DNA of 60,000 bases from Malacoraja senta (lineage: Eukaryota). The stretch lies in NCBI GenBank assembly GCA_038087875.1, contig CM075995.1:9674001-9734000 (forward strand), given 5' to 3'. Numbering within the stretch: position 1 is the first letter of the stretch; each line of letters begins with the position of its first letter. The notes under the pieces were generated by a model that ran no database searches, had not been told where the DNA came from, and was given only the letters and a program-made list of their open reading frames with translations. A program made the translations under genes and the position numbers. Below, one piece after another: positions 1 through 12,724 of this stretch.

Positions 1-113
1 TGGGGCTGGAAACTGGAAGTGTCCTGAGCTAATTCTGCTACCACCATCATCTACTGAATTTATTGTACCAACTCCTGCACAGCTACAATCACCAGCCAAC
101 CAAGTCTTAACAA

Positions 114-2790
114 GTGATGGCTCCCACTGATTGTCGCCGGAAGCCTTCGTCCTTTTCAGGACGGATAATGACAGTAATGTCCATCAATGCCGAGGGGCTT
201 TCATCTGCAAAACAACAACTGATTGGAAAGCTCTGCAACAAGAATGACTGTGATGTGTTATGTCCACAAGTGACCCACAGAGGCCAGCAGCAGTATCGAC
301 CTAAGATCCCTGGGATGAAGCCAGTTATTGAAAGGCCACGTGAGAAATATGGCAGTGCTATCTTCGGTAAAAGAGACCTAATAATCCACCAGCCTTCAAT
401 GACAGAAAGGGACAACATAGAAATCCTTGCTGTGAACCTGGGGAAACTAACTGTGACCTCAGTTTACAAACCGCCAGGCTCTACATTTGCCTTTGAAGAA
501 CCACAAACCTTCAGTTACCAACACATGAAAGTTATCATTGGGATTTCAACAGCCACAGCACCTCATGGAGCTATAAAGAAACCAACGAGTATGGTAATCT
601 TGTGGAGAGTTGGGCAGAATCACATCATCTTGACCTAATTCATAATGCTAAACTTCCTCCTTCCTTCAATAGCTACCGATGGAAGAAAGGCTATAATCCA
701 GACCTGGCCTTTACAAGTGATCGAATAACATGTCAAAGCAAAAAACTAGTCTTAGAGCCAATACCACACTCACAACACAGACCAAACATCTTTGGCATTA
801 CTGCTGTTGTGGTACCTCAGAGAGTTCCTCTAAGACGGCATTTCAACTTTCAAAAAGCTTATTGGGAGCAGAGGCCTATCTGATCTCGAGCCAGTCCCAG
901 CAAAGTATGATCGATAGACAAAAGACAATAGACAATAGGTGCAGGAGTAGGCCATTCGGCCCTTCGAGCCAGCACCGCCATTCAATGTGATCATGGCTGA
1001 TCATCCCCAATCAGTACCCTGTTCCTGCCTTCTCCCCATATCCCCTGACTCCGCAATTTTTAAGTGCCCTATCTAGCTCTCTCTTGAAAGCATCCAGAGA
1101 ACCTGCCTCCACCGCCCTCTGAGGCAGAGAATTCCACACTCACCACTCTCTGTGAGAAAAATTGTTTCCTCGTCTCCGTTCTAAATGGCTTACCCCTTAT
1201 TCTTAAACTGTGGCCCCTGGCTCTGGACTCCCCCAACATCGGGAACATGTTCCTGCCTTTAGCGTGTCTAAACCCTTAATAATCTTATATGTTTCAATAA
1301 GATACCCTCTCATCCTTCTAAACTCCAGAGTGTACAAGCCCAGCCGCTTCATTCTCTCAGCATACTCTCATTTCGTCAGTTCTTTCAGTTCATCAAAACA
1401 ATGCAAGACATTTCTAGAAAGTATATTCCACGTGGATGTAGCGAGTGCCATATACCTCGAATCTCAGCTGACAGTGCCTCATTATACGAGAAGTACTCAA
1501 AACTATACGAGGAAGATCCCTTCTCAGAGGAAACTATGAACACAGAGGAGATATCAGAGGAACGAAGGAAATGCTGGCAAGAACTTATTGGGAGTGTTGA
1601 TATGACACACAACAGTAAGAGAGCTTGGTCAACCATCAAGAAGCTAAACAACGATCCCCTGAAGCCAACGCAGATCAGGTTGCTCACCAGCTGCTTCTGA
1701 ATGGCAAACCACCACACAAGAAGTGCCCCAAAAGGAGTCTATGGCATCAGGGTGATAGAGAGTCAACTTGGCACATTAACAGTAAGGAACTCCAGACAGC
1801 AATCGATTCCCTCAACAACAGCTGGCCTTGATGACATTCGCACAGAACAGATCAAACATTTTCGGCAGATTACACGAGAGTGGCTCCTCTTGCTGTTCAA
1901 CAATTATGTAACCCTCTCACAGCTACCTAAAATATGGCGGAAAGCTTGTGTGATCGCTATTCTTAAGCCAGGGAAAGACCCTAAAGAAGCAAAATGCTAC
2001 AGACCAATCTGCCTACTGTGCCTTCTCTTCAAGCTCTTTGAGTGACTCATCTTGAACAGGCTAGGCCCAATCACAGAACAACGCCTTATACCAGAGCAAG
2101 CTGGCTTCCAGCCTGGGCAATCATGTACCAGCCAAGTGCTCAATCTAACTCAGCACATTGAGGACGGCTTTGAGCAGAATGAACCAACTGGTGTGGTCTT
2201 TGTTGATCTGACAGCTGCCTACGACACTGTGAACCACCGGCTGCTCCTCAACAAGCTCCATGACATAACAGAGGACTTCCACTTGACCAAACTGATTTAG
2301 CTGCTATTGGGAAACAGACGCTTCTATGTTGAGTTAAATGATAAATGCAGCAGATGGAGGAAACAAAAGAATGGCCAACCTCAGGGCAGCGTCCTTGCTC
2401 CAGTGCTGTTCAATGTATACACTAATGATCAGCCAGTGTTCCCAGGGATGAGAAGCTTCTTTTACACTGACGACCTTAGAATAGCAGCCCAGAGCACTCA
2501 CATAGATGAGGTAGAAGCTACCCTCTCATTATCCTTAGAACACTTGACAAACTACTACAAGGACAACCAACTGAAGGCAAACCCTGCTAAGACCCAAGTT
2601 AGCCTGTTCCACCTTCATAATCGCGAAGCTGGAAGCTGTCCGTAACATGGAATGGTGTCCCTTTGAGACACTGTGACTACCCTGTCTATCTTGGGGTCAC
2701 TCTGGACCGAACCTTCTCCTTCAAGCACCACATCGAACGGGTGAAGGGCAAAGTGAGGACGAGGAACAGCCTCCTACGCAAGCTGTCGGG
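114..2790 (+). mobile_element. Degenerate non-LTR retrotransposon (RTEX-like): APE endonuclease + reverse transcriptase, with many stops and frameshifts; 3' end replaced by a minisatellite
   Basis: EN start MSINAEGLS..DVLCPQVTH; RT motifs YRPICLLCLLFKLFE, QAGF, VFVDLTAAYDTV, PQGSVLAPVLFNVYTND, FYTDD, YLGVTLDR; split by a CR1 insertion at 913-1386. Confidence 0.85.
913..1386 (-). mobile_element. CR1 LINE 3' fragment inserted into the RTEX-like element
   Basis: Reverse complement of the CR1 3' end (ataggtgcaggagtaggccattcggccc plus short tail), as at 39.9 kb and 46.05 kb; removing it restores ..aagtatgatc|agttcatcaaaacaatg (KYDQFIKTM). Confidence 0.85.
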
Positions 2791-3170
2791 TGTCGGGTCT
2801 CAGGGGCCGGGTATCAGGTATCGGGTTTCAGGGGCCAGGTATCAGGTATCGGGTCTCAGGGGCCGGGTATCAGTTATCAGGTCTCAGGGGCCGGGTATCA
2901 GTGGCCGGGTATCAGGTATCGGGTCTCAGGGGCTGGGTGTCAGGTATCAGTCTCAGGGGCTGGGTGTCAGGTATCAGTCTCAGGGGCTGGGTGTCAGGTA
3001 TGAGTCTCAGGGGCTGGGCCCGGATGTCGGGTCTCAGGGGCCGGGTGTCGGGTCTCAGGGGCCGGGTGTCGGGTCTCAGGGGCCGGGGGTTGGGTCTCAG
3101 GGGCCGGGTGTCAGGTCTCAGGGGCCGGGTGTCGGGTGTTGGGTCGCAGGGGCTGGGTCCCGCGAGTCGG
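2788..3170. repeat. ~21-bp GC-rich minisatellite (gtgtcgggtctcaggggccgg and variants)
   Basis: Direct tandem repetition. Confidence 0.9.
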
Positions 3171-3199
3171 CACTTTTGCTTCTGTCCGTCGTTGCGGTT

Positions 3200-3400
3200 C
3201 CAAGGTTTCAAGTTCAGTTTATTGTCACATGTACCAGTTACGGTACAGTGAAATTTGAATTACCATACAGCCATACTAAGTGAATTGCAACAAGACACAC
3301 AGCCACATAAAATAAAAGTTACTAACAAACATGGCTATCTTGGACAGGCCCAGGAACAAACCTACAGGGAGACCCCTCCCTCCCTCCCTTCCCCCTCTGT
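3200..3400 (-). mobile_element. Short LINE remnants: a Rex/L2-type 3' tail plus a Tx1-like ORF2 C-terminal fragment
   Basis: caagttcagtttattgtcacatg tail-like motif; 3335-3385 on the minus strand encodes VGLFLGLSKIA, resembling LLLGLAMMTI at 19.77 kb. Confidence 0.45.
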
Positions 3401-3416
3401 ATCGAGCAACCAAAAA

Positions 3417-4408
3417 CTGAGGCAGAGAATTCCACAGACTCACAACTCCCTGTTTGAATAAGTTTCTCCTCATCTCAGTTCTAAATGGTTTACCCCTTAT
3501 TCTTAAACTGTGGCCCCTGGTTCTGGACTCCCCCAACATTGGGAATATGTTTCCTGCCTCTAGTGTGTCCAACCCCTGAATAATCTTATATGTTTCAATA
3601 AGATCTCCTCTCATTCTTCTAAATTCCAGAGTATACAAGCCCAGGCACTCCAATATATCAACATATGACAGTCCCGCCATCCCGGGAATTAACCTGGTGA
3701 ACCTATGCTGCAATCCCTCAATAGCCAGAATGTCCTTCCTCAAGTTTGGAGACCAAAACTGCACACAATACTCCAAGTGTGGTCTCACCAGTGCCCTGTA
3801 CAACTGTAGGACCTCTTTGCTCGTATACTCAACTCCTCTTGTTATGAAGGCCGACATGCCATTCACTTTCTTCACTGCCTGCTGTATCTGCATGCTTACT
3901 ATCAGTGACTGATGAACAAGAACCCCCAGATCCCGTAGTACTTCTCCTTTTCCCAACTTGACACAATTTAGATAATAATCCGCCTTCCTGTTTTTGCCAC
4001 CAAAGTGGATAACCTCATATTTATCCACATTAAACTGCAACTGCCATGCATCTGCCCACTCACCCAACCTGCCCAAGTCACCCTGCATCCTCATAGCATC
4101 CTCCTCACAGTTCACACTGCCACCCAGCATTGTATCATCTGCAGGTACACAAAAATGCTGGAGAAACTCAGCGGGTGCAGCAGCATCTATGGAGCGAAGG
4201 AAATAGGTAACGTTTCGGGCCGAAACCCTTGGTCCGAAACGTTACCTATTTCCTTCGCTCCATAGATGCTGCTGCACCCGCTGAGTTTCTCCAGCATTTT
4301 TGTGTACCTTCGATTTTCCAGCATCTGCAGTTCCTTCTTTAACACTTTGTATCATCTGCAGATTTGCTACTATAACTTTTAATCCCTTCATCTAAATCAT
4401 TAATATAT
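3417..4408 (-). mobile_element. CR1 LINE RT C-terminal fragment
   Basis: ORF 3276-4130: QFNVDK, LYRALVRPHLEYCVQFWSP, RRMRGDLIETYK, TRGH; interrupted by the palindromic element at 4145-4346. Confidence 0.9.
4145..4346. mobile_element. Palindromic Penelope-derived non-autonomous element with a 15-bp target-site duplication
   Basis: Perfect 76-bp inverted arms at 4143-4218 and 4234-4309; TSD ttgtatcatctgcag at 4130-4144 and 4347-4361. Confidence 0.75.
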
Positions 4409-4982
4409 ACGTGACAAGTGGGACCCGTTGGGTCCCATTGTCACATGGGAGGCCTGGTCCCCCTACGCAATATTACACCACTTACCCATAGCCCCCAACT
4501 TCGCAGGCGCGGCTGACGGATTCCCGTTGTGATGCCCCTGATATCCCCTCCTCCCCTCACTCCGCACCTTGCGCTTCCCCCCACGCACTCAAACCATCAC
4601 CCCTCAACCCCGCCACCCCCACACACTCTTCGCAGCTCACCGGCGGCGGAGCCATTCCCTCCCATTGGGTTCCCATTGTGACGTAGAACACACAGGTATT
4701 ACTGTGCAGGCGCAGCTGACGGGCACGGCAAGTGGAAAAGGGATTTATTAAAGCTTAAAATGTGAATCTCATAAAATATAACAACAATTTAAACGTTAAA
4801 GATGAGAATTATTCAGTTCTGTTCTTTCTTGTTACGTCTCTTGTTGCATTCTGCTGCTCACTGCGTCTCAATGTCTCTTTGCTGTTGATGAAAAATAAGA
4901 CACAATTTTAATATAGAGACATTATTGAGTGGTCAAACTTTAACTTGAAGAAAATCTGAGAATTTACCTCAGAAGTCATCGT

Positions 4983-6692
4983 TCAACCAAGCACACGTTT
5001 AATGACAACATTCTTGGTTGATGTTCCATTCTTCAGGAAAACGTTGACATTTTCCTTCACCTTTCCTCGGCTAAGAGCTGCATATAGCTGTCCATGCTGA
5101 AATACCGGTTTCTCGGTTTCGAGGAATATCAACACTTTCCCCATGGTTTGTCCTTGCGCCTTATGGATCGTCATAGCAAAACTTGACTGAATCGGGAATT
5201 GGCTCCGCTGAAGTGTCTTTGCCTTCTGTCAAATTGAGCGTTATCCTAGGAATGAGAACAATGTCATCTTTGAAGGCTCCCATGTTGATTCTTGCCACAA
5301 TCAGATTATTGTGTAACTCTTCCACAATTATCCTCGTTCCATTGCATAGATTTGGCGGTTCAACATTTTTTTATTAACATGATCGGAGATCCTTTTTTCA
5401 ACTCCAAATTATGTGGTGATAATCTGGAGATGTGGAGTGAATCGAGGAATTCTGTTGGGAAGTGAATAGCATTAGTTCCCTCAGTGACATCATTGAAAGA
5501 AAAGTAATATTAATGATTCCAGGGAAGCGTCTGATACATGGTGAATTGATGCTTCTCATCGTATCATTCTGTGGAACCAAGATACAATTGTCGGAGAATA
5601 ATTCTGCAGGATTGTCAAATGTGGGATAGATGGAATCAACACAATCCTCCAGTGTTTCTGCTGATGGAACTATGTCTTCTGGTATTTCAATTTCACCGTC
5701 TTCATTCTTTAAAATCTCGTCTTCTCCAACTTTCAACAAAAATTGAGAATACTCGCCTTCTCCCTCTCAATCGCATATTCGTCTGCAATTGAAACTTGGT
5801 GAAAAGTCTCCACAAGTAGGATTTCTTGATGCAGGAATTTTCAACATCAGCAACATTTCCCCTTTTCACTACAGGAAGGATTGTCAAAAATCATCACAAC
5901 AAATGGTAAAAGGCCTGTCTCACGAGTCTGCGGTCATTGGCGGTGAAACAGGAAGTATCTACCACTCGTGGATCGCCAGAGACCGCCGGTTCGGTCAAAC
6001 GCACACTGCCGGGGCCGTTCGGCGTTGGTCCCAACACCGCACGGTCCTCACAAAAAGTCAACAATGTCTAAAAATATTTTCCTACCGCACAGCCGCCGCC
6101 GGTGAGGCACGAGTGCGGCATGGTCACCGCCACCGCCAGTGCGGCATGAACGCCGTGAGTCGAACTTTCACCGCCACAGCCGCCGCCAGTGAGGCACGTG
6201 TGCGGCACTGCCACCGCCACAGCCGCCGCCAGTGAAGCACGTGTGCGGCACGGCCGCCGCCACAGCCCCGCGATCCGAAAGACGTCATCGCGTAGCGCGT
6301 CGCGCGATGATGTCATCACCCGACACCGCAAGCTCGTGGATCCGGCCGTACAGAGATCACTCGGCCCCCGCACAGCATCCGTGCGGCGCTCTCGTGGTTG
6401 CCGTGCGGTCCCCTCTTCCGGCGACGCCGCGCTTCACCGCCAATGACCGCAAATCCGTGGGACAGAGCCTTAAGAATACCAAAACGTGCAGTGTAAGAGT
6501 TCTTCTCAATGTTGCAGAATGTATCCTTGGTCACTTGGATGGGTATCTTGAATCGAGAATGTGCAGTTCTTCCACCAGGCATTAATTTAGCTGCTATCCC
6601 AGAGGATGCTACAGCAATAGCCACATCACCTTGACCTCTAACTTTGGAGAGGATCAAATTGGTGATAAATGTTTTCCTGTCCTTGGTGAATC
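4983..6692 (-). pseudogene. Helitron RepHel PIF1-family helicase, C-terminal part (frameshifted, with an internal deletion)
   Basis: Motifs DSP.TGKTF, VASSGIAA..MPGGRTAHSRFKIP, ILPVV, LQTNMR, MTIHKAQGQT, VFQHGQLYAALSR, TKNVV. Confidence 0.9.
5910..6470. mobile_element. PIF/Harbinger-like MITE with internal tandem repeats
   Basis: Imperfect ~38-bp TIRs (aaggcctgtctcacg..gcggtcattggcggtgaa / ttcaccgccaatgaccgc..cgtgggacagagcct); TAA on both flanks (5907-5909 and 6471-6473). Confidence 0.75.
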
Positions 6693-9600
6693 AAACGGGG
6701 AATTACAGACCAGTTAGCCTGACTTCGGTGGTGGGAAAGATGCTGGTTAATTATTAAAGAGGTAATAATGGGGCATTTGGATAGCAGTAAAAGGATTAGT
6801 CCAAGTCAGCATGGATTTACGAAAGGAAAATCATGCTTGACTAATCATCTGGAATTTTTTGAGGATGTGACAAGTAAAATGGATGAAGGGGAGCCAGTGG
6901 ATGTAATGTATCTAGACTTTCAGAAAGCCTTTGATAAGGTCCCGCAGGGGAGACTGGTGACTAAAATTAGAGCACATGGTATTAGGGGTAGGGTGTTGAC
7001 ATGGATAGAAAATTGGTTGGCAGACAGGAAGCAAAGAGTAGGAGTGAACGGGTCCTTTTCCGAATGGCAGGCAGTGGCGAGTGGAGTGCCGCAAGGCTCG
7101 GTGTTGGGGCCGCAACTGTTTACCATATATATTTATGATTTGGAAGAGAGAATTAGGAGCAACACTAGCAAGTTTGCAGATGACACAAAGCTGGGTGGAA
7201 GTGTGAAGAGGATGTTAGGAGGTTGCAGGGTGACCTGGACAGGTTGAGTGAGTGGACAGATGATTGCAAATGCAGTATAATAGTAAGATTAAACGAGAAC
7301 TTACCTAAGTTTGAAGTTTGATCTTTATTTTATGAGGAGTTACGTTGTTGATTACGTGAAGAACCCCGCCAGTGCGCCTGCACGTCAATCTTCGAAGCAG
7401 CGGTGTGAAATCACAAAAAACAACAAGCGAAGTAATATAGTATCATAATAAAACGAGTAATACAAGAACTTCCATCTGACATTTATGATAGAGGGTTGGG
7501 TCGTGGTGGGCACGTAATCACCAACGTAACTCCTCATAAAATAAAGATCAAACTTCAAACTTAGGTAAGTTCTCGTTTAATCTTATTATTTTACTTCGGA
7601 GTCACGTGAGTGACTACGTGAAGATTTTAAAGCTTTGTGATTTCATGCCGCAGACAAATCCCGGCTTCTCACTGCATTGATTGACTCGGAACGAGAATAT
7701 TCAATAATGCATTAATAATAACATTTGTACCACAAATGTAGTAATTCATTTATTTGAATAAAAGAATTAATAGTATCCCCTTTAACCCAGGGAAAATTAA
7801 GCAGAACTTAATATAGTATCTGCAAACAGCCCCGTATTGGCAATAGCCCGATGGTAAAAGTGTTGAAACACCAACTTATTAGATCACACGGCGGCTGTGA
7901 GAATATGATCGACGGGACTTCCTTCGCCCTGGTCGTCAATGTTGCTGCTAAACTGAATGGAATGTAAAACCATCAATGTTCACACGTGCAGCAACTAAAA
8001 CTTGTTTTAACCATCTTAAAATAGTCTAAACTGACACTATCTTGTATGGTTTTTCGTGAATGATAAACAATCTTGTTTTCATATTTCATAAGATCTTTGT
8101 ATCCTTAATTTTTTGCAATAAATATGTCTTAACATATAGACATGGATCCATAGAATATGTTAATAAAACAATCTTGAATCCTGTCACACCTGATCCTACT
8201 TCATAAAATGTAAAACATAACATAATCCTGAGGTACTTCTGTGTATCTGTAACTTTGTAATGTTACAAGTGCCATAAACATGACTACCTTCATGCTGAAC
8301 TTGGCCAAATCAGAATCGTACCAAGACTCCTTTGATGAAGTAGCTTAAAACAATTCTATATTCCAGATTCCCTCCTAGGTTTAGGTCTGGAATTAAAATT
8401 CCTTTCATTAATCTGGAAATAAAAGAACGAGACTCAACAGGATGTCTTTCCAACCTCATCAAATAAAAACGAGGAATAATATACTTCTGTGTGAATAAAT
8501 CGCACTATACCTCAACCCATTAAATAGAGGTCAATCCAAGATATTTGAGACATGTGCCGTACAACATTCCATATTCTTTTATACACAGACATTTTTTTCC
8601 CCTCATTCTTTACATAATGGGAAAGCAGTATTTACAGAGTCACAACTCAGATTCACAAATGTACTGCTTTTGAGTACTCTTCCGCCAGACTGCTGTAAGC
8701 ATGTCCACAGCATGCCCAGACAATCCTCTTTTTTAAAACCTGCATCCATACAGGCATATGACGGATGTTACTCTCCAATTATCGAATCCACCAGTAACTT
8801 CCTTCTTTTGGGAACATTTATCAGAAACTGTGTCATAAATTCCAATATCAAAGGAACCATGGCTGCGTAGACCCGTCTGGTACCACGAATACCCCAGAGG
8901 CAGCATACTGCTTCGTTTTAAGCAGACACCGATTTATGAGACAGGATGAAGTAAAATGCATATAACAACATACCATCCTAATATAGCGAGAAACATCCAT
9001 CGCTACTGTCTCCCGATGTAGTCCCATAACACATATCTCTGTAACTGGTGATTGAGTCTGGATGGAAACAAGTCATATCTGGCTTCCCAAATCTGACTAT
9101 TATATCATTAAAAAATCTTAACATCCATTCTTTGTTATCATGGAAATTCCACCCATACAATTAATACATGCCATTGCTGTAGTGTTGTTAATTTGAAACT
9201 GAACATGCAGATTAGTTGTATTTAACAACAAGCTTGTAGCTCATAAGCCTTGCAATAGACTTTAAAACGTCGATTCACCATGTCTGTAAAATAATACTTC
9301 TTCCATATTCCATCTGTCCACAGATGGATACCTTTTCAGTGGCACCAATCCTAGTACACTGATATCAGTCTGTTAAGACCAGAAGGCTGTTCAATCCGTA
9401 TCTTGCTTGAACTACTGAAGACATGTTAAATCCACTACTGCAATCAGAAGCAGCATTTGTTGTTTAATTGTATGGCCTATCAAAAAATGGCCATCATGCA
9501 TCTTAGTGTTTTTTTCTTTTTGCAGTCTGCAGCTGCTGGTAGTCCAATGGCCCATATTGTATTGCTGGAAATAAAACTAATTCTCCTAACAAGCTGGCCA

Positions 9601-12408
9601 CCTGTCTTAATTGAAGATTGTTGCTTTTCCAACTGCTTAATACAACCATCAATTAGCTTTACCCTTTACCCTGGGTAAATTACTACCTTTTCAATTGAAT
9701 CAAATAATCAATTGTTGTAAGTATTGTTAACTTAATTTCTCTCTTGATGAATTAAACCCAACTTTCAAAAGTGGTTTGAATAATTTGAGAGAGATAACTC
9801 ACGAATTCTCTTGTTCATCCTAATTAGTATATCATCCAGTTAAGCCATCCACATCTGTCCTTGGACTCTAATTAGCCGCAAAATTGGTTTTACCAATTTA
9901 GTGAATTTCTAGGGACTGAAGTTAACCCGTTAGACAGAACTTTGAATTGCCATCATTGTTCCTTTAGATAATTGTATCTTATAAATGAACAAACACTAAG
10001 TAATATACATCTTTCAGATCTATAAGTGCCATAAAACATCTTTTTTGAAATAAATTGTTTGGCAGTCTCAAAGTCTCTATTTTGAAGTGTCTATACTTCA
10101 CAAATCTTTTAAGACTTGTCAGATCTAAAATACTCCTCACCTTTTTAGGTTGAGAAATTTTAAACACAATTTGTTGGTTTTGATAAACCGACCTTTCAAT
10201 TACTTGTTTATAAACAAGTTTTCAATTCAGCTTGAACCTCCATCAATTATTTTTATGTGAAATTGGAGTGTTCTGCTTGGAACATGCTGGATGGCAAATC
10301 AGTATTTGAATCGAATCAATTAGAAACCTTTCTATAATACTCAGAATAATAACTGAAGTAATTTGCTTCCAATATTTGGCTGTTTTTGCCTTAATATGTT
10401 CCCATAAGAACCAGGTCCACCTACCTCCTTTGTCATCTGAGTGACCTGTGGTCCCTGGCTCCTGGCAGGCAAAACCCACGCTTTTTCATTTTCCTGCTGC
10501 AGGACATCAACTGCGTACCTGCTTCAATGGTCGATTTGATCCTGATGTCGATCCAGGATTTTGTATGATGTCTGAAAGGATACGTCCTCTTTGCAGACTT
10601 GACGACCATTTATGTTGTGATCAACTTTGCTGTTTTTGCCTCATTATCCAACTCTTTCCCACGATTCATGAGGTTTTTTCTCTGAAGAATAAGTTGAATG
10701 ACTGCACATTGCTGGGCTTTACAGAGTTGCTGCAACTTTGGGTTGATGGTGGACCGAATGGCATACTTCCTGAAACAATTCATCTTGAAGTGGGCGCTAC
10801 ATAGCAACCTTAGTGCCACTTGATGCATCTCCATCCATGGCCTCCATCCATCGTTTTGCAAATTGCAGTTGTTCATCAACCCAGCAGCTTCAATATTCAC
10901 TGCAGTTTACTTTCCTTAGGCTTACATGCCTTCGCCCATCTGACCCCTTATCTTGGTTCACTGCTAGTACTTTCAGCAATACGCAGTTCCTTGGGATCTC
11001 GTGCTTTTTTGGCATTTTCATCCATCGTAAGCTACTAGAGCTGATGGCTGACACAATAGTTGATCACAGAGATCACGTCCTTTCCAGTGGCTCTCCTGAC
11101 TCTGACGGGGCAGCGAATCGTACTACCAGGAGTAAAACATCTGGCAGCTGCCGTCTTCGCTTGTATCGACCTCTGTCAGACTCAGGGTCAGAACTCTCAC
11201 AGAGCAGCAAATCGTACTGCCAGGAATAGCCCATCTGGCAGCTGCCATCTTCGCTTGTTTTGGAAACTCTGCTGACCCTGTGCACGCGCCTCATCAATGA
11301 GGGTGCTATCAAGCAGCCCTTTACTAGGTGCTGCTGACCTGGCTTCTGGAGCCTGGTTCTGACATCACTCCTCCTGGAGTATGTTTTGTTGGAGCAACCT
11401 GTGTACAGGTTATCCATTTGGAATATCCACTCAGAAAGTGGTATCCAGCCTTGGAGGTGAATCCCAAACTGACTCTTGCTCCATGGCCCTGACTTGTATG
11501 TTGCCTATCACCCAACTGACGCTGGCTCCGTTCTTTTCTTTAATGCACAAGCCCACAGTTCGCCCCGCTGCCAGCCGGCGACTGTTGTAGGGTATGAGGC
11601 AGTCCTTTACCGACCGCATTCCCGCAGCTTTTTATCGGCTTTGCCTTGCCCCACTGGTGCTGACTAAATTCACTTCAGCCCCAATATCCCCAGTCGCTAT
11701 GCTGTCTGCTGGTGACTGTACCGTGGTCAGAGGCGGCTGGTCGCCGACCGCAATCTCGCGACTTTCTACCGGCTGAGTTGCTCGCCTCCTCTCCTTGCCC
11801 GTTTTTTCCATGGCGCCTGTGGAAAAAATCCCCACAGACCCACAGCAAACGGGCACGGAAATACTTCCAAAAAAGTTTATACTTACCTTGTAGTTTAAAA
11901 ACTACAATTCCACTCTGCTCCTCGCGTCCGTTTGCGCCAATGCGTCTGACGTAATGACGCGCAGGCGCACTGGCGGGGTTCTTCACGTAGTCACTCACGT
12001 GACTCCGAAGTAAAATATAGATAAATGTGAGGTTATCTTTGGTGGCAAAAACAAGGGGGCAGATTATTATCTCAATGGGGTTAGGTTAGGTAAGGGGGAG
12101 GTACAGCGAGACCTGTGATTGAGGCAGTGCAGTGTAGGTTCACGAGATTGATCCCTGGGATGGTGGGACTGTCATATGAGGAAAGGTTGAAAAGACTCGA
12201 CTTGTATTCACTGGAGTTTAGAAGGATGAGGGGGGATCTTATAGAGTTAGATAGAGCTCTAGGGGCTGGTGGAATCAAGGATATGGAGAGAAGGCAGGCA
12301 CGGGTTATTGATTGGGGACGATCAGCCATGATCACAATGAATGTTGGTGCTGGCTTGAAGTGCCGAATGGCCTCCTCCTGCACCTATTTTCTACGTGTCA
12401 ATGTTTCT
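6693..12408 (+). mobile_element. 5'-truncated CR1 LINE inserted in the Helitron helicase and itself split by a DIRS element (CR1 pieces 6693-7282 and 12018-12408)
   Basis: RT motifs [42 protein letters not shown]; resumes at tagataaatgtgagg (12018) and ends in the CR1 tail. Confidence 0.9.
7279..12017 (-). mobile_element. DIRS1-like tyrosine-recombinase retrotransposon, structurally complete but with decayed ORFs
   Basis: ITRs at ~7354-7388 and ~11955-11988; ICR at ~7511-7625 complementary to both termini; RT RSILDL..HFKIETL..IDLKDVYY (9979-10167); MT-like FGKPDM (~9030); YR-like C-terminus PVDHILTAA..FQHFY (~7850-7920). Confidence 0.9.
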
Positions 12409-12720
12409 AATGAAAAACAATGAAGGAAGCTTCCTTTTCAAGCAGTTGCACACCTGGTCACTGCTCTCTGTACAGCATTCAGCAGATGCTCATTCTCCTC
12501 AACAAATTGCTGTTGTTCAGTTCTATTGTATTGCAATTCCTGCAGCAGTTCTGGATTGTCATCATCAAGGTGCATCCTTCCATTTCTTGGTCGTGGCAAA
12601 TGAAAGCATTCCATTGATTTCTTGTAATTCTCAAGCTTGTGTTGAATATACAACTGAGCCTGATCATGATGCTTCTCATCAATCATGATATCTGGATCAC
12701 TCATTGTTCTCCGTTCTTTG
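12409..12720 (-). pseudogene. Helitron RepHel segment just upstream of helicase motif I
   Basis: ..ELQYNRTEQ..LLNAVQRAV..LFFI joins DSP.TGK at 6692 once the CR1 is removed. Confidence 0.75.
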
Positions 12721-12724
12721 TACT

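Noticed and set aside
4983..6692. Host PIF1 helicase gene
   Set aside because: Intronless, decayed and bounded by Helitron termini
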